A stretch of DNA of 59,408 nucleotides, counting the filler. It is 4 parts of 4 records of this genome, joined end to end, with 100 filler letters (N's around TTAATTAATTAA, not from the genome) between each part and the next. Parts side by side here need not be neighbours in the genome. Positions count along the whole stretch, not along the records: positions 1 to 27,193 come from SRR31156797_1642; 3 more parts are not named here. The stretch is one strand, 5' to 3'. Positions within the stretch are counted from its first letter, which is position 1. Each line of letters starts with the position of its first letter. The notes beneath the pieces are model-generated. The model was not told where the DNA came from. It did not search any database and saw nothing but the letters and a program-made list of their open reading frames with translations. Positions 1 to 11,276 of this stretch are shown piece by piece. Made by a program: the position numbers and the translations under genes.

Positions 1-30
1 GATGTGCTCTACCAGCTGAGCTATTGAGTC
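1..30 (-). tRNA. 5' fragment of a tRNA (acceptor stem and D-arm), probably tRNA-Lys; truncated by the window edge
   Basis: Reverse complement reads GACTCAATAGCTCAGCTGGTAGAGCACATC, with a canonical TAGCTCAG-TGGTAGAGC D-arm. The anticodon is outside the window, so the isotype is inferred from resemblance to Bacteroidota tRNA-Lys. Confidence 0.8.
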
Positions 31-46
31 GTTTTTTATGAGGTTG

Positions 47-77
47 CAAATATAAAGGCTTATGGTTAGTTGTCCAA
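47..77 (-). promoter_or_regulatory. Bacteroidota housekeeping-sigma promoter of the tRNA
   Basis: Minus-strand TATATTTG (54-47) matches the -7 consensus TAnnTTTG, with TTG about 20 nt upstream (77-75). It lies 16 nt before the tRNA 5' end. Confidence 0.65.
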
Positions 78-162
78 GTTTTTATTAACCAAATTTTGAA
101 TAAAATGAAGAATAAGAATAATGTTATATTGTAACATATTAGTTTATAGATTTTAAGTGTTT

Positions 163-1434
163 TCAGTATTTATATCTTTTTTTCCATCTTCGTTGAAGTA
201 CCTCTGCCATTTGATCTTCATGTCTATTGTTAGATGGTTCATAAATTACTTTTCCGTTTAATTGATCTGGTAAATATTGTTGATCTGCAAAATTTTCAGG
301 ATAATCATGACTGTATTTGTATGATTTGCCGTAATCCAGTTCTTTCATCAGTTTAGTAGGAGCATTTCTGAGGTGCAATGGAACAGGTAAATCTCCAGTA
401 TCTTTTACCAGCGCAATTGCTTTGTCTATAGCTAAATATGCACTGTTGCTTTTAGCTGAGTTAGCTAAGTAAATAGTTGCCTCAGATAAAGGAATTCTCG
501 CTTCAGGCAATCCAATTTTGTGTATTGTCTCAAAACAGGCATTTGCGATGAGCAAGGCATTAGGGTTCGCTAGTCCAATGTCTTCTGCCGCAAGAATAAT
601 TAATCGTCGGGCAATAAATTTGATATCTTCACCACCTTCAATCATTCGGGCTAACCAATAAAGCGAAGCATTGGGATCACTACCTCTTACCGATTTTATA
701 AATGCCGAAATTATATCATAATGTTGTTCTCCTTGTTTATCGTAATTAGCCGTAGTAGTTTGGAGAACCTTTGTTACCGTTTCATCATTTATTATTACTT
801 TTTTATTGTCAGTCTGATTGGCTAAAAGCTCGATTATATTGTAAAGCTTTCGTGCATCTCCTCCTGAATATCTATACAGCGCATTATTTTGTTGAATTTC
901 AAATTTGATTTCTTTAAGAATTTTATCTTCTTTAATCGCTTTTAAAGTGAGATAATCGAGGTCTTCTTCATCCAGAGATTTTAATACATATACCTGACAG
1001 CGAGAGAGTAGGGGAGTTATGACCTCAAAAGAGGGATTTTCAGTAGTAGCTCCAATTAATTTTATGATTCCTTCTTCCACAGCTCCGAGCAATGAGTCCT
1101 GTTGCGATTTACTGAACCTATGAATTTCATCAATAAAAAGAATTGCGCCATCTTCATTGAACATTTGTGCATTTCTTGCCTGTTCAATGGCTTTTCGGAC
1201 ATCTTTCACACCGCTTGAAATGGCACTTAACGTATAGAAGGGCCTATCAAGTTGATGACTAATAATTTTTGCTAAAGTTGTTTTGCCAACTCCGGGTGGT
1301 CCCCACAGAATCATTGAGGGGATGCGACCTCTTTCAATATTATTTCTTAGCACAGCGTCTTTTCCAACAAGATGTTCTTGTCCAATATATTCGTCTAGCG
1401 ATTTTGGCCTTAATCGTTCGGCAAGTGGTTGCAT
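163..1434 (-). CDS. rarA: Replication-associated recombination protein A (MgsA/RarA AAA+ ATPase)
   Basis: PLAERLRP start, Walker A GPPGVGKT, FIDEIHRF, GATTENPSF, SAFIKSVRGSDP, VPLHLRNAPT. Confidence 0.95.
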   Translation of the reverse strand: MQPLAERLRPKSLDEYIGQEHLVGKDAVLRNNIERGRIPSMILWGPPGVGKTTLAKIISHQLDRPFYTLSAISSGVKDVRKAIEQARNAQMFNEDGAILFIDEIHRFSKSQQDSLLGAVEEGIIKLIGATTENPSFEVITPLLSRCQVYVLKSLDEEDLDYLTLKAIKEDKILKEIKFEIQQNNALYRYSGGDARKLYNIIELLANQTDNKKVIINDETVTKVLQTTTANYDKQGEQHYDIISAFIKSVRGSDPNASLYWLARMIEGGEDIKFIARRLIILAAEDIGLANPNALLIANACFETIHKIGLPEARIPLSEATIYLANSAKSNSAYLAIDKAIALVKDTGDLPVPLHLRNAPTKLMKELDYGKSYKYSHDYPENFADQQYLPDQLNGKVIYEPSNNRHEDQMAEVLQRRWKKRYKY

Positions 1435-1491
1435 ATCTATTATTAAAATTGTAGCGCTAAGCTAATAAAATCTTTTGAATCAAACAGACAC

Positions 1492-1521
1492 AAAAAAAGC
1501 AGAACCAAAATGGCTCTGCTT
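1492..1521 (-). terminator. Intrinsic terminator after sucD
   Basis: Stem AAGCAGA-CCA/TGG-TCTGCTT followed by a T-run on the minus strand. Confidence 0.65.
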
Positions 1522-1543
1522 AAATTATATGATTTGAAAATTA

Positions 1544-2416
1544 TTAGTTTTGAAGTGCTTTAGCCATTGTTTCTCCAAGATGTGCAGGTGATTGCACCAC
1601 ATGAATACCACATTCTTCCATAATTTTCATTTTGGCAGCTGCAGTATCATCTTTTCCTCCAATTATTGCACCGGCATGTCCCATGCGACGACCTTTTGGG
1701 GCTGTTTGCCCTGCAATAAAGCCAACTACAGGTTTAGTAGCATTATCTTTAATCCAGCGAGCTGCGTCTGCTTCCATATTTCCGCCAATCTCACCAATCA
1801 TTATAATACCTTCAGTTTCATCATCTTCCATGAGAAGTTTAACAGCATCCAGAGTTGTTGTGCCAATAATTGGATCTCCACCAATTCCGATACATGTAGA
1901 TTGACCCAGGCCGGCCTTAGTAACTTGATCAACAGCTTCATATGTTAAGGTTCCACTTCGCGAAACGATTCCAATTTTACCTTGTGAATGTATAAATCCA
2001 GGCATAATTCCAACCTTTCCTAATCCTGGAGAAATAACACCCGGACAGTTTGGGCCAACCAGACGAGTTGCTTTACCTTCCATATAGTTTTTTACTTTTA
2101 CCATATCTGAAGTCGGAATACCTTCTGTAATAGCTACAACTAAGGCAACGCCAGCATTCGTTGCTTCCATGATTGCATCTGCAGCAAATGCAGGGGGTAC
2201 AAAGATAACAGAAACGTTTGCTCCGGTCGCATCAACGGCTTCTTTCACAGTATTAAAAACTGGTTTGCCGAGATGGGTTTCTCCTCCTTTTCCGGGAGTT
2301 ACTCCACCAACAACGTTGGTTCCATATTCAATCATTTGTTGGGCATGAAAGCTGCCTTCACTACCGGTAAATCCTTGTACCAGCACTTTGGAATTTTCAT
2401 TGATCAGTACGCTCAT
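1544..2416 (-). CDS. sucD: Succinyl-CoA synthetase alpha subunit
   Basis: [31 protein letters not shown], phospho-His motif RMGHAGA. Confidence 0.97.
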   Translation of the reverse strand: MSVLINENSKVLVQGFTGSEGSFHAQQMIEYGTNVVGGVTPGKGGETHLGKPVFNTVKEAVDATGANVSVIFVPPAFAADAIMEATNAGVALVVAITEGIPTSDMVKVKNYMEGKATRLVGPNCPGVISPGLGKVGIMPGFIHSQGKIGIVSRSGTLTYEAVDQVTKAGLGQSTCIGIGGDPIIGTTTLDAVKLLMEDDETEGIIMIGEIGGNMEADAARWIKDNATKPVVGFIAGQTAPKGRRMGHAGAIIGGKDDTAAAKMKIMEECGIHVVQSPAHLGETMAKALQN

Positions 2417-2429
2417 AAGTGTAAATAGT

Positions 2430-4958
2430 TTATATCTTTATACCTAATACCAAAATATCATCGATTTGTTCATTTTGGCCTTTCCATTCCTCAAAAGTAC
2501 GAATTAATATATTCTTTTGTATAGATAATTGCATGTTTTGTATATCATGCAATTTGTTTTTTAGTTGACTTGACTTATATTTTTGCATTTTATCCCCTCC
2601 AAATTGATCGGCATAGCCATCTGAAAACATATATAAGGTGTCATTTTTCTTAAGTTGCCATTCAAATTTCTCAAAGTTTTTCTGTTTCCTGTGTTTGATT
2701 CTACCAATAGATCTTTTAGTTCCTTGTATTTCGCTCAAAACACCTTCACGAGCAATAATAATAGGCCTTTTCGCACCAGCAATTTCCATTTTGCCATCTT
2801 TTTTGTTTATTACAGCCAGGACCATATCCATTCCATTACCAGAAATCTCAGGAGAGGAATGAGTATATTCTTTTATAAGCATATCCAAATGATATAATAC
2901 TTTTGCAGGGTCACTTATTCTCTTTTCTAGAATGATGGTTCGTAGTGCATTATAACCCAGCATACTCATAAAAGCGCCAGGGACGCCATGTCCAGTGCAA
3001 TCTACAACTCCTATAAATAATTGATTATCTGATTCTTCAATAAAGTAAAAATCACCTGAAACAATATCTTTGGGTCGATTAAAAATAAAGTAATCATTAA
3101 AGTGCTTTTCTAAAAAATCATTTCTTGGAAAAATACTTTTTTGAATGTATTGAGCATATGTGATACTATCAGTAATATGTGTTTTTTGCGTCTCAAGCAA
3201 CTCCTTCTGACCCTCAATTTGTTTCAGTTGAGCTTCTATTTCATCTCGTTGTGTCAAAATTTCCTCTTTCTGTTCAATGATTTCTGCATTGAATAATTTG
3301 AGTTTATTGTTAGCTCTTCTTTTGTTTAGAAATGCATAGAAACTAATGATTACAAGTAATAGAAGTAATACTCCTCCTGCAATGGCAAAATTACGTGTAA
3401 GCGTTACGTTCTTAATTTTTGATTTCTGAGCTTTGTTTTCTAATTCTTGCAGTTTATTTTTTTGAGTTAGTAACGTTATTTCTTTTTCTTTTTCGGTGAG
3501 TTTATATTTTTTTTCTATTTCAGTAATAGACCTCAATGATTCATTAGTAAATATTGAATCTTTCATACTGGTTGAGATTTCATAGTATAGAAGGGCATTT
3601 TTGTAGCTTTTTTTTGCTTTGTAATTTTGATACAAGAAATTATAAACAGAATACTTTAGATCAAAATCATCAACTTTCCACAACTTTTCTTGCGCTGTTA
3701 GTAGAATTGAGATAGCTGTACTATATTGTTTCTGTAAATAAAATAGGCGACTGTAGTCTATTAGGCTTCTAATGAGTAGATTATTGTTTTGAGATTCCCT
3801 TGATATTTTAATCGTTTTACTAAATAGATTTTTTGCTTCGGTGAAATTTCGTTGGCTCGCAAGAAAGGTTCCGTAGTTATTTAAAATTGTGATTTTATCT
3901 GAATTGTGCTCCGTATTTATTATTATATCTTTTGATTGTTCATAATACTTTTTGGCTTCCTTATCTAAGCCCTTGACTTGATATATATCAGCAAGATTAT
4001 TACATACGCGGGCAATCTCAATTTTATCTTTTTCTTTATCAAGAATATCAAGTGCTTTTAAATAGTATGAAATGGCTTCATCCTTTTTATCCCATGTTTC
4101 ATTTAAATTACCCAGGGAATTATAAACTCTTGCCATTTGTGGAGTATCATTTATTTGCTTATTGATGTCCAGTGCAACTAGTAATTTGTTTGCAGATGTC
4201 TTAAAGTCCTGCATTTTTTTATAAGCCCTGGCAATATTATACAACCTCAAAGCAATATCTGCAGAATCCTTTAAGTATTCGCTAATTTTAAGCGATTGGT
4301 TATAATACTTAAGGGCTTTTTTATAATCGAGATTTGCATAATAGATATTTCCAATATTATTAAGAGTAGAAGAAACTGATGTTGAATCATTAAAATTTCT
4401 TTTTGCATCCAATGCTTTTAAATAATATTCCAGGGCGCTTTCAGTCTCTGATTTTAATTCATAAATATATCCAATATTGTGTAATGATTTTGAGATAGAT
4501 AGTTCATCATTGTTCTTTTTAGCAATGTCAATACTTAAGTTCAAATATTTTATGGCTTCATCGAATTTATCTTGCCTCAATAATATGAGACCAAGGTTAT
4601 TTAGAACAGCATCAATTCCTTTTGAATGATCTGCATTTCTATATTTTTCAAGGGATTTTATATATTGTTTTTCAGCTTTTACCAGCTGTCTTTCAAAGAA
4701 GTATAAATTACCGCGAAGTTTGTGAGCTAGAGCTACAATTGTATCATCTTCTTCTATATTATCCTGATTCATTACAAAATCCAGAAAGTAGAGTACACTA
4801 TCATTTTTAGCATCATACCAATAGTTGTATAATTCATATGCAGCTTTAATTTTTTTTTCTCCTTTTGATGAGAAGAAAACATTAGATATACTGTCAATAT
4901 TTTGACTGAATAAATTGAGGACAACAAAAGTGAATAGAATTGTTAGCGAATATTTCAT
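2430..4958 (-). CDS. Membrane sensor: signal peptide, TPR array, TM helix, coiled coil and SpoIIE/PP2C phosphatase domain
   Basis: Repeated LNNLG/LHNIG/LNNIG TPR units, TM segment [22 protein letters not shown]2C motifs [36 protein letters not shown]. Confidence 0.9.
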   Translation of the reverse strand: MKYSLTILFTFVVLNLFSQNIDSISNVFFSSKGEKKIKAAYELYNYWYDAKNDSVLYFLDFVMNQDNIEEDDTIVALAHKLRGNLYFFERQLVKAEKQYIKSLEKYRNADHSKGIDAVLNNLGLILLRQDKFDEAIKYLNLSIDIAKKNNDELSISKSLHNIGYIYELKSETESALEYYLKALDAKRNFNDSTSVSSTLNNIGNIYYANLDYKKALKYYNQSLKISEYLKDSADIALRLYNIARAYKKMQDFKTSANKLLVALDINKQINDTPQMARVYNSLGNLNETWDKKDEAISYYLKALDILDKEKDKIEIARVCNNLADIYQVKGLDKEAKKYYEQSKDIIINTEHNSDKITILNNYGTFLASQRNFTEAKNLFSKTIKISRESQNNNLLIRSLIDYSRLFYLQKQYSTAISILLTAQEKLWKVDDFDLKYSVYNFLYQNYKAKKSYKNALLYYEISTSMKDSIFTNESLRSITEIEKKYKLTEKEKEITLLTQKNKLQELENKAQKSKIKNVTLTRNFAIAGGVLLLLLVIISFYAFLNKRRANNKLKLFNAEIIEQKEEILTQRDEIEAQLKQIEGQKELLETQKTHITDSITYAQYIQKSIFPRNDFLEKHFNDYFIFNRPKDIVSGDFYFIEESDNQLFIGVVDCTGHGVPGAFMSMLGYNALRTIILEKRISDPAKVLYHLDMLIKEYTHSSPEISGNGMDMVLAVINKKDGKMEIAGAKRPIIIAREGVLSEIQGTKRSIGRIKHRKQKNFEKFEWQLKKNDTLYMFSDGYADQFGGDKMQKYKSSQLKNKLHDIQNMQLSIQKNILIRTFEEWKGQNEQIDDILVLGIKI

Positions 4959-5045
4959 TTAATTCAATACGTAAAAATGTCAAATTTGATGCTATTTTAA
5001 TGATATTTTTTGAACTTAGCACTTATAATTAGAATTTATTTGTAA

Positions 5046-6092
5046 ATGATTAAGCGTAAGATAGTTGTTGGTTTTAGTGGAGGTGTTGATAGCCTTGTCG
5101 CTTCGTATTTGTTGCGTGAGAACGGATATGAGGTGTTCGCATGTACTTTTGTTCTTAATGAAGAGCAAAATAATTCTGGTTTTATAAATCACGCTCAAGA
5201 TATTGCAGCCCGATTAGATGTTAAACATTCTGTAATTGATTTAAGAGTAAAATTTGCAAATAAAGTTCTTTCATATTTTAAGGATGGTTACTTAAAAGGT
5301 GAAACACCTAATCCATGTGTATTTTGCAATACAAATTTAAAATGGCCTGAACTTCTTGCATATGCTGACATGATTGGTGCTGAAAAAGTTTCAATGGGGC
5401 ATTATGCGCAACGTGTTAAGTATAATGCAAAGTATTATGTTAAGAAAGGTGTTGATGTAGAGAAGGAGCAGAGTTTTTTTCTATGGGGGCTTTCTTCGCA
5501 GCAAATTGAACGGATTGAGTTTCCTCTTGGAGACATGGAAAAAGAAGAGGTAAAACGCATTGCATCTGAAATTGGATTTGATGATGTTGTAAAACGAAAG
5601 GAGAGTACCGGAGCTTGTTTTACTAAGAAGGATTATAGAATTGCATTGAAGAATTTGATGACCAGGGACGAGAATCCGGGTTATGGCAATTTTATATCAG
5701 AAGAAGGTGAAGTTCTGGGACGGCATGAGGGATATCCCTTTTATACTTTAAGTCAACGGAAAGGTTTGGGGTTAAATAGACCCGATAGAATTTTTGTAAA
5801 TAAAATAATTCCAGAAACCAATCAAATATTATTGAGTGGTCCAGATAAACTATGGAAGGACTATTTTTATTTAAAGAATTTTCATGTTGTGGATGAAAAT
5901 TTACTTTTTGATAATGAAGTTGAGGTGAAAGTGAGATATAGAAAGCAATTTGTAAAGGGTAGGGTATTTATTGAGAATAATTATTTAAAAGTTGAATTGT
6001 TAGAGGCTGAGTGGGCAATAGCACCGGGACAAGCTGTAGCATTTTATTATGAAAAGATGCTGATAGGTGGAGGATTTGTGTTGAACAAATAA
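5046..6092 (+). CDS. mnmA: tRNA 2-thiouridine(34) synthase MnmA-family protein
   Basis: SGGVDS PP-loop, PNPCVFCN, GHYA, QRKGL, IAPGQAVAFY. Confidence 0.88.
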   Translation: MIKRKIVVGFSGGVDSLVASYLLRENGYEVFACTFVLNEEQNNSGFINHAQDIAARLDVKHSVIDLRVKFANKVLSYFKDGYLKGETPNPCVFCNTNLKWPELLAYADMIGAEKVSMGHYAQRVKYNAKYYVKKGVDVEKEQSFFLWGLSSQQIERIEFPLGDMEKEEVKRIASEIGFDDVVKRKESTGACFTKKDYRIALKNLMTRDENPGYGNFISEEGEVLGRHEGYPFYTLSQRKGLGLNRPDRIFVNKIIPETNQILLSGPDKLWKDYFYLKNFHVVDENLLFDNEVEVKVRYRKQFVKGRVFIENNYLKVELLEAEWAIAPGQAVAFYYEKMLIGGGFVLNK

Positions 6093-6102
6093 AAATAGTA
6101 TT

Positions 6103-6164
6103 AATCATATAAAATCTGTGTCTAATTAATCAACTCAAAATTAAAGACGCAGATTTCTCTGATT
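6103..6164. repeat. Imperfect inverted repeat (REP-like element or terminator) after mnmA
   Basis: AAATCTGTGTCT (6112-6123) pairs with AGACGCAGATTT (6145-6156), with outer AATCA/TGATT arms. A related arm occurs at 27162-27178. Confidence 0.55.
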
Positions 6165-6278
6165 ATTTTTTTATAGCTGTATGTTCTAAGATTAATATAA
6201 TCATTTGAACTAGTTTGCACATCTTAATATTTTTAAAAAAGTTAATTTGATTTAATGACCTATAGTCATTTAATTAAT

Positions 6279-6307
6279 AAAAAAAAGCTGCCTCAATTGA
6301 AGCAGCT
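6279..6307 (-). terminator. Intrinsic terminator after rocD
   Basis: Stem AGCTGC-TCAA/TTGA-GCAGCT followed by a T-run on the minus strand. Confidence 0.7.
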
Positions 6308-6331
6308 CTGAATATCTATCTGAACTTAGGT

Positions 6332-7552
6332 TTATTCGAACTCTTTGAAAGCTTTTTTAATCAATTCCATTGCTTCACGAAGTTGCTCTTCGTTAATTAC
6401 CAATGGTGGAGCGAAACGAATAATATCACCATGAGTTGGTTTAGCTAAAACGCCATACTCAGCCATTTTAACACAAACATCCCAGGCAGTTTTTCCATTT
6501 TTAGGCTTAATAATAACTGCATTAAGTAATCCTTTACCACGTACTTTAGCAATCATTTCTGATTTAATGTTACTGAATTCATCACGGAAGATTTTACCCA
6601 TTTTTTCAGCATTTTCTGCTAAGTTTTCGTCTTTAATTACTTGAAGAGCAGCCATAGCAACTTTTGCTCCAACAGGGTTTCCTCCAAATGTAGAACCGTG
6701 CTCACCTGGTTTGATTACTAACATGATATCATCGTCTGCTAATACACATGATACAGGGTATACACCACCAGAGATTGCTTTTCCTAAGATTAGAATATCA
6801 GGGCGAACACCTTCGTGGTCAACTGCAAGCATTTTACCTGTACGTGCTATACCAGTTTGTACTTCATCAGCAATGAAAAGTACATTGTTGGCTTTACACA
6901 TATCGTAAGCTTTCTTGATGAAACCTTCGTCCGGTACATTTACACCAGCTTCACCTTGGATAGGCTCAACTAGGAAACCAGCTACGTTAGGATCTTCAAG
7001 TTCTTTTGCCAGGGCTTCTGTATCATTGTAAGGAATTGTTACAAATCCAGGAGTGTAAGGTCCAAATCCGTTTCTTGCATCAGGATCTGTAGACATTGAA
7101 ATGATTGAAATTGTACGGCCGTGGAAGTTCTCAGCACAAACAATTATTTTTGCTTCGTTTTCAGGTACTCCTTTTTTCTCGTAAGCCCATTTGCGACAAA
7201 GTTTTAAAGCTGTTTCGTCAGCTTCTGCACCAGTGTTCATTGGTAATACTTTATCGTATCCGAAGAATTTTGTTACGTACTCCTCAAATTCGCCTAATAC
7301 ATTGTTGTAAAAAGCACGAGAAGTTAATGTGAGTTTTTCTGCTTGCTCTTTTAAAGTGTTGATGATTTTAGGATGACAATGTCCTTGGTTTACAGCAGAA
7401 TAAGATGACAAAAAGTCAAAGTATTTTTTTCCGTCAGTGTCCCAAACATAAACACCTTCGCCTTTTTCTAAAACAACAGGAAGTGGATGGTAATTATGTG
7501 CACCGTACTTATCTTCCCGAGCAATGTAGTCCTGAGCAGTCATTTTTGCCAT
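6332..7552 (-). CDS. rocD: Ornithine--oxo-acid transaminase
   Basis: [38 protein letters not shown]-lysine [17 protein letters not shown]. Confidence 0.96.
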   Translation of the reverse strand: MAKMTAQDYIAREDKYGAHNYHPLPVVLEKGEGVYVWDTDGKKYFDFLSSYSAVNQGHCHPKIINTLKEQAEKLTLTSRAFYNNVLGEFEEYVTKFFGYDKVLPMNTGAEADETALKLCRKWAYEKKGVPENEAKIIVCAENFHGRTISIISMSTDPDARNGFGPYTPGFVTIPYNDTEALAKELEDPNVAGFLVEPIQGEAGVNVPDEGFIKKAYDMCKANNVLFIADEVQTGIARTGKMLAVDHEGVRPDILILGKAISGGVYPVSCVLADDDIMLVIKPGEHGSTFGGNPVGAKVAMAALQVIKDENLAENAEKMGKIFRDEFSNIKSEMIAKVRGKGLLNAVIIKPKNGKTAWDVCVKMAEYGVLAKPTHGDIIRFAPPLVINEEQLREAMELIKKAFKEFE

Positions 7553-7650
7553 TTGAATAATTTTTTTTGGAATTACTACTATAATCTTTCGGCAAAAATA
7601 GAAATGTTTTATCTCAAACCAAGCAACTTTTCAAATTTTCAACTATGTTT

Positions 7651-9633
7651 TTAAACTCTTTTTCTTAGAATTAGCATTAAAGTTTCGGATAGTATCATCA
7701 AAACAGCCAATAGAATAAACCACTTCCATAATTTTTGATTTGGTTGTAGAATGCTTTCCGAACTTTCATTTGCTGAAAAAACGGTTCCGGTTCTGTTGAT
7801 GAAAATATTATTTTGTAAATAATCTTCATCGTGAAAATTCAATTGTGATTCTATATTAATATGGTTAACTGCTAGATGATTAATTATGGTGTCTTGTCTT
7901 ATAACAGGGTAATAACCAGGCTCTTTTATTTGATTTTTTCTTATTGAAATAATAGTGTTTTGTTGCTTGGCGTAATAAAACGGAATAAATGCATTCCTAT
8001 CAATACCTATATAAATTGGATTTTGATCAGGATTGACAATTGTGCCTGTTGAAAAAGTTCCAGGGTAGGTGCATTGTAAGTGAGGTATGATATTTCTGCT
8101 TTTAATTACAGAAGCATTATACATGGTAGGGATAAATATAGGGTCAAGAGCAAATGTTTTTTCAAGTGGATTAAATGTGAATAAATATATGTTTCCATTT
8201 CCACTTTCAGCATGAAGTAATAATGGTTCTTTAAAATCATTTAATAATAGAGGATTGAAACTATTATTAGCATCTACTTTATAATATTGATTTATTTCGG
8301 GAAACTTTGTGTTTTTATCTACTCTTGAAATGGCCTCATTATAAATTGGATGGTTTAAGTTAACCTGCTTTATTTCAGTTTTTTCTACTGTTTTCTCAGT
8401 GAGCTCTGGAGTATTGAATCCTTGCAAAAGCTCGTTTAAAGCATTTAATTGTTGATATTGGTTAGGAATAATAATCAAATTTGTGCCTTCTTGAACACTT
8501 TTATTTATAGCAGAAACTATTCCTGAACTTAAATTAATAGATTGGTTTACAATAATTGTATTTGCATTTTGAATGTCAGAAAGACTTATCTGGTTTTTTT
8601 GTTTGGATGAAAATATGAATCTTTCTTTTTCATTAAAAAGAGTCTTTAAGTATTTTGAGGCTGTGTCAGCGATTTCTAATATTTCATATTGGGAGTTAAT
8701 AAATACTCCGGTATAATAATAGTTATCAAAATTTATGGGTAAATCCTGAATCTCTGCTTTTATTTTCAGCAAACCAGTATTGTTAAATTGGAGTTTTGTT
8801 TTGAAAACGTATGATGCATTAGCTTCAATGCTTTCACTTCCAACTGATGCCATTTCATTATTTAGAAATAATTGTATAGGCACATCTGTTGCGGGACTAG
8901 CGGAGTGGTTTTTGAGTAACACACTTATTTCTGTCTCTTCATTTGGAATGTGTACAGGTTTGTCGAACCAAATGGAGTCCACACTAATATTGGAGTTTTC
9001 TCCACGGTAAATCACAAGACTTGTACTTAGCAATGTGTCATTAAATAAGGTATCGTTGCTTATGATATTTGTTTGGAAATCAGATAGTACTATCAAATGG
9101 TTTTCCCTACTTCTTTCATTTATTCTTCTTGCAATTTTATTAATCGTGGTGTATCCATGTTGTAGTCTGGAGCTTTGAATTAAATTCTTTGCATCGTTTA
9201 GATTTGTATTGAAATTTGATTCCCCGGTAGCTGTAAAATGGATGTTTACAAGGCTATTTGATTCAAGATTATTGACAATTTCCAGCGCTTTGTTTTTTAC
9301 CTGATCATATAAGTTTCCTTTGTCATTGCTGTTTTGCATGCTTAACGTATTGTCAAGTATTAAGTGCATTTGCGTCCCTTTTTTACGAGTGCTTTTTTGT
9401 ATTATGGGTCCGGCAAAAGCAACAACTATTGCAGCGATTAAAATTGTTCGAATTATTAATAATATCCACTCATATATTTTTTTGGATCGGGATGTTTGTT
9501 GTTTAAGATTTTTAAGAAACCATAAAGAGCTGAAATACATTCTTTTATGTTTTCTTAGATTAATTAAATGCAAGATAAGTGGGATTAAAGCCAGGAATAG
9601 ACCGTACAATATGTTGGGAAATAAAAATTGCAT
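7651..9633 (-). CDS. BatA-type N-terminal double-TM domain and vWA-like membrane protein
   Basis: N-terminus MQFLFP..IPLILHL..FSSLWFL..LLIIR..AFAGP, vWA-like ILDNTLSM and SDFQ, C-terminal LWKWFILLA anchor. Confidence 0.8.
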   Translation of the reverse strand: MQFLFPNILYGLFLALIPLILHLINLRKHKRMYFSSLWFLKNLKQQTSRSKKIYEWILLIIRTILIAAIVVAFAGPIIQKSTRKKGTQMHLILDNTLSMQNSNDKGNLYDQVKNKALEIVNNLESNSLVNIHFTATGESNFNTNLNDAKNLIQSSRLQHGYTTINKIARRINERSRENHLIVLSDFQTNIISNDTLFNDTLLSTSLVIYRGENSNISVDSIWFDKPVHIPNEETEISVLLKNHSASPATDVPIQLFLNNEMASVGSESIEANASYVFKTKLQFNNTGLLKIKAEIQDLPINFDNYYYTGVFINSQYEILEIADTASKYLKTLFNEKERFIFSSKQKNQISLSDIQNANTIIVNQSINLSSGIVSAINKSVQEGTNLIIIPNQYQQLNALNELLQGFNTPELTEKTVEKTEIKQVNLNHPIYNEAISRVDKNTKFPEINQYYKVDANNSFNPLLLNDFKEPLLLHAESGNGNIYLFTFNPLEKTFALDPIFIPTMYNASVIKSRNIIPHLQCTYPGTFSTGTIVNPDQNPIYIGIDRNAFIPFYYAKQQNTIISIRKNQIKEPGYYPVIRQDTIINHLAVNHINIESQLNFHDEDYLQNNIFINRTGTVFSANESSESILQPNQKLWKWFILLAVLMILSETLMLILRKRV

Positions 9634-9676
9634 AATTATTTTATTTTATGCAAATGTAATGGATTCATCAAAATAT

Positions 9677-11152
9677 CTATAGAAGTGGACTGAATATTCG
9701 TGCAATGCTACTTTGAAGCTTTCGAGTTATTGGTTTTTTAATCCATAGATCTTTTGTAACCAGGTCGCAATCCTTAAGGTCTTTTTCAAAAGTTTCTACT
9801 AATGTATGAGCAGTTTTTTCATCGTAGATTAACGCATTAACCTCAAAATTAATTGAAATGCTTCTGTAATCAAGATTAGCTGTGCCAACTGAGGATAGAA
9901 TTCCATCAATAACCATAGTTTTACTGTGTATAAAACCTTTATTATAGAAATATACTTTTATACCTGCTTCTATGAGCTCAGAAACAAAAGATAGACTAGC
10001 ATATGATACCAGTCTGGAATCACTTTTTTTGGGTATAATTAATTTCACATCAACACCTGACAAAGCTGTTGTTTTGAGTGCGGTTAAAATTGATGAATTG
10101 GGTAGGAGATAAGGTGTGGTAATATAAATGAACTTTCTTGCAGTGGCTATACTTAAAAAATAGGTTTGCATAATTCCTGCCCAGGAGCTGTCCGGCCCAC
10201 TGGAAACAATTTGAACAATGCTTCGATCAGAAATATTGATTTTAGGAAAATATGCTTTATTTGTTGGCAATTGCTTTGTTAAAAAATACCAATCTCTTAA
10301 GAATACAGTTTGAAGTGAGTGAACTGCTTCACCACTAATTTTTAAATGAACATCCCGCCAACTGCCGAGCTTTTTTGTACCATGGATATATTTATCCGCA
10401 ATATTCATTCCACCCAAAAATCCAACTTTACCATCGATGACTACAATTTTGCGATGGTTTCTATAGTTTACTTTGCTTGTAAAATAGGGAAAGTTAACCC
10501 GCATGAAGCGTTTTATTTCAATTCCTTGTTTTCTCAGTTTTTTGATTTTTCGTTTTGAGAAATGCCAGCTTCCAACATGGTCAAGGATAATCTTTATTTT
10601 TACTCTTTCTTTTGCTTTATCTTGAAGTATTGAGATGATTTGTTTCCCAATATTATCATAATCGAAAATGTAATATTCCAAATGTATATGGTGCTTGGCT
10701 TTCTTTAATTCATTTAAGAGCTCCGGGAACTTTTCTTCTCCATTGTTAAGCACTTTAATGATGTTGTTCTGAGATACAATGGATTTGCTGTTGTTAAGGA
10801 GCAGCTTCATGATATGAAGCTTTTTAAATACTGGTTTGAAATTTTTAACCTCAGGGTTTTCAAGAAGTTTTAATTGATCGAAACGCATTTTATCTAGTTG
10901 CCTGAAATCTTCTAGACCTTTGCGTGAAAATATCTTTTGTTTCCTGAAGTTTTGCCCAAAAAATAGATAGAAGATAAGTCCTGCTAGGGGTAGGAAAATT
11001 AGTACAAGAATCCAAGCTAAAGTTTTTGAAGGATTCTTATTGTCAGTTATTACTAATAAAATAACGCCAATAATAATAAGCACATAACCCCAATAAATAA
11101 ACATATAAATATGGGGCCATAATTCTTTAATATATTCCCAGATGACTGTCAC
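9677..11152 (-). CDS. cls: Cardiolipin synthase
   Basis: Two HKD motifs (NHRKIVVIDG, HSKTMVIDG), N-terminal TM helices, GTANLDYRS. Confidence 0.95.
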   Translation of the reverse strand: MTVIWEYIKELWPHIYMFIYWGYVLIIIGVILLVITDNKNPSKTLAWILVLIFLPLAGLIFYLFFGQNFRKQKIFSRKGLEDFRQLDKMRFDQLKLLENPEVKNFKPVFKKLHIMKLLLNNSKSIVSQNNIIKVLNNGEEKFPELLNELKKAKHHIHLEYYIFDYDNIGKQIISILQDKAKERVKIKIILDHVGSWHFSKRKIKKLRKQGIEIKRFMRVNFPYFTSKVNYRNHRKIVVIDGKVGFLGGMNIADKYIHGTKKLGSWRDVHLKISGEAVHSLQTVFLRDWYFLTKQLPTNKAYFPKINISDRSIVQIVSSGPDSSWAGIMQTYFLSIATARKFIYITTPYLLPNSSILTALKTTALSGVDVKLIIPKKSDSRLVSYASLSFVSELIEAGIKVYFYNKGFIHSKTMVIDGILSSVGTANLDYRSISINFEVNALIYDEKTAHTLVETFEKDLKDCDLVTKDLWIKKPITRKLQSSIARIFSPLL

Positions 11153-11228
11153 TTTCTATGTACCTTAAGTTCTTACTACTAAATTAAACAAATTGTTTTA
11201 CTTAACGATACACAGATTTGTGATCAAT

Positions 11229-11259
11229 AAAAAAAACCTGCAGTGTTTCTGCAGGTTTT
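11229..11259 (-). terminator. Intrinsic terminator after cysQ
   Basis: AAAACCTGCAG-tgttt-CTGCAGGTTTT perfect stem with a T-run on the minus strand. Confidence 0.75.
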
Positions 11260-11276
11260 CTTAAAGAGTATGATTT

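Noticed and set aside
6254-6270. Palindrome AATGAC-CTATA-GTCATT resembling a TetR operator
   Set aside because: It lies between two convergent 3' ends with no promoter to control, and is short and AT-rich.
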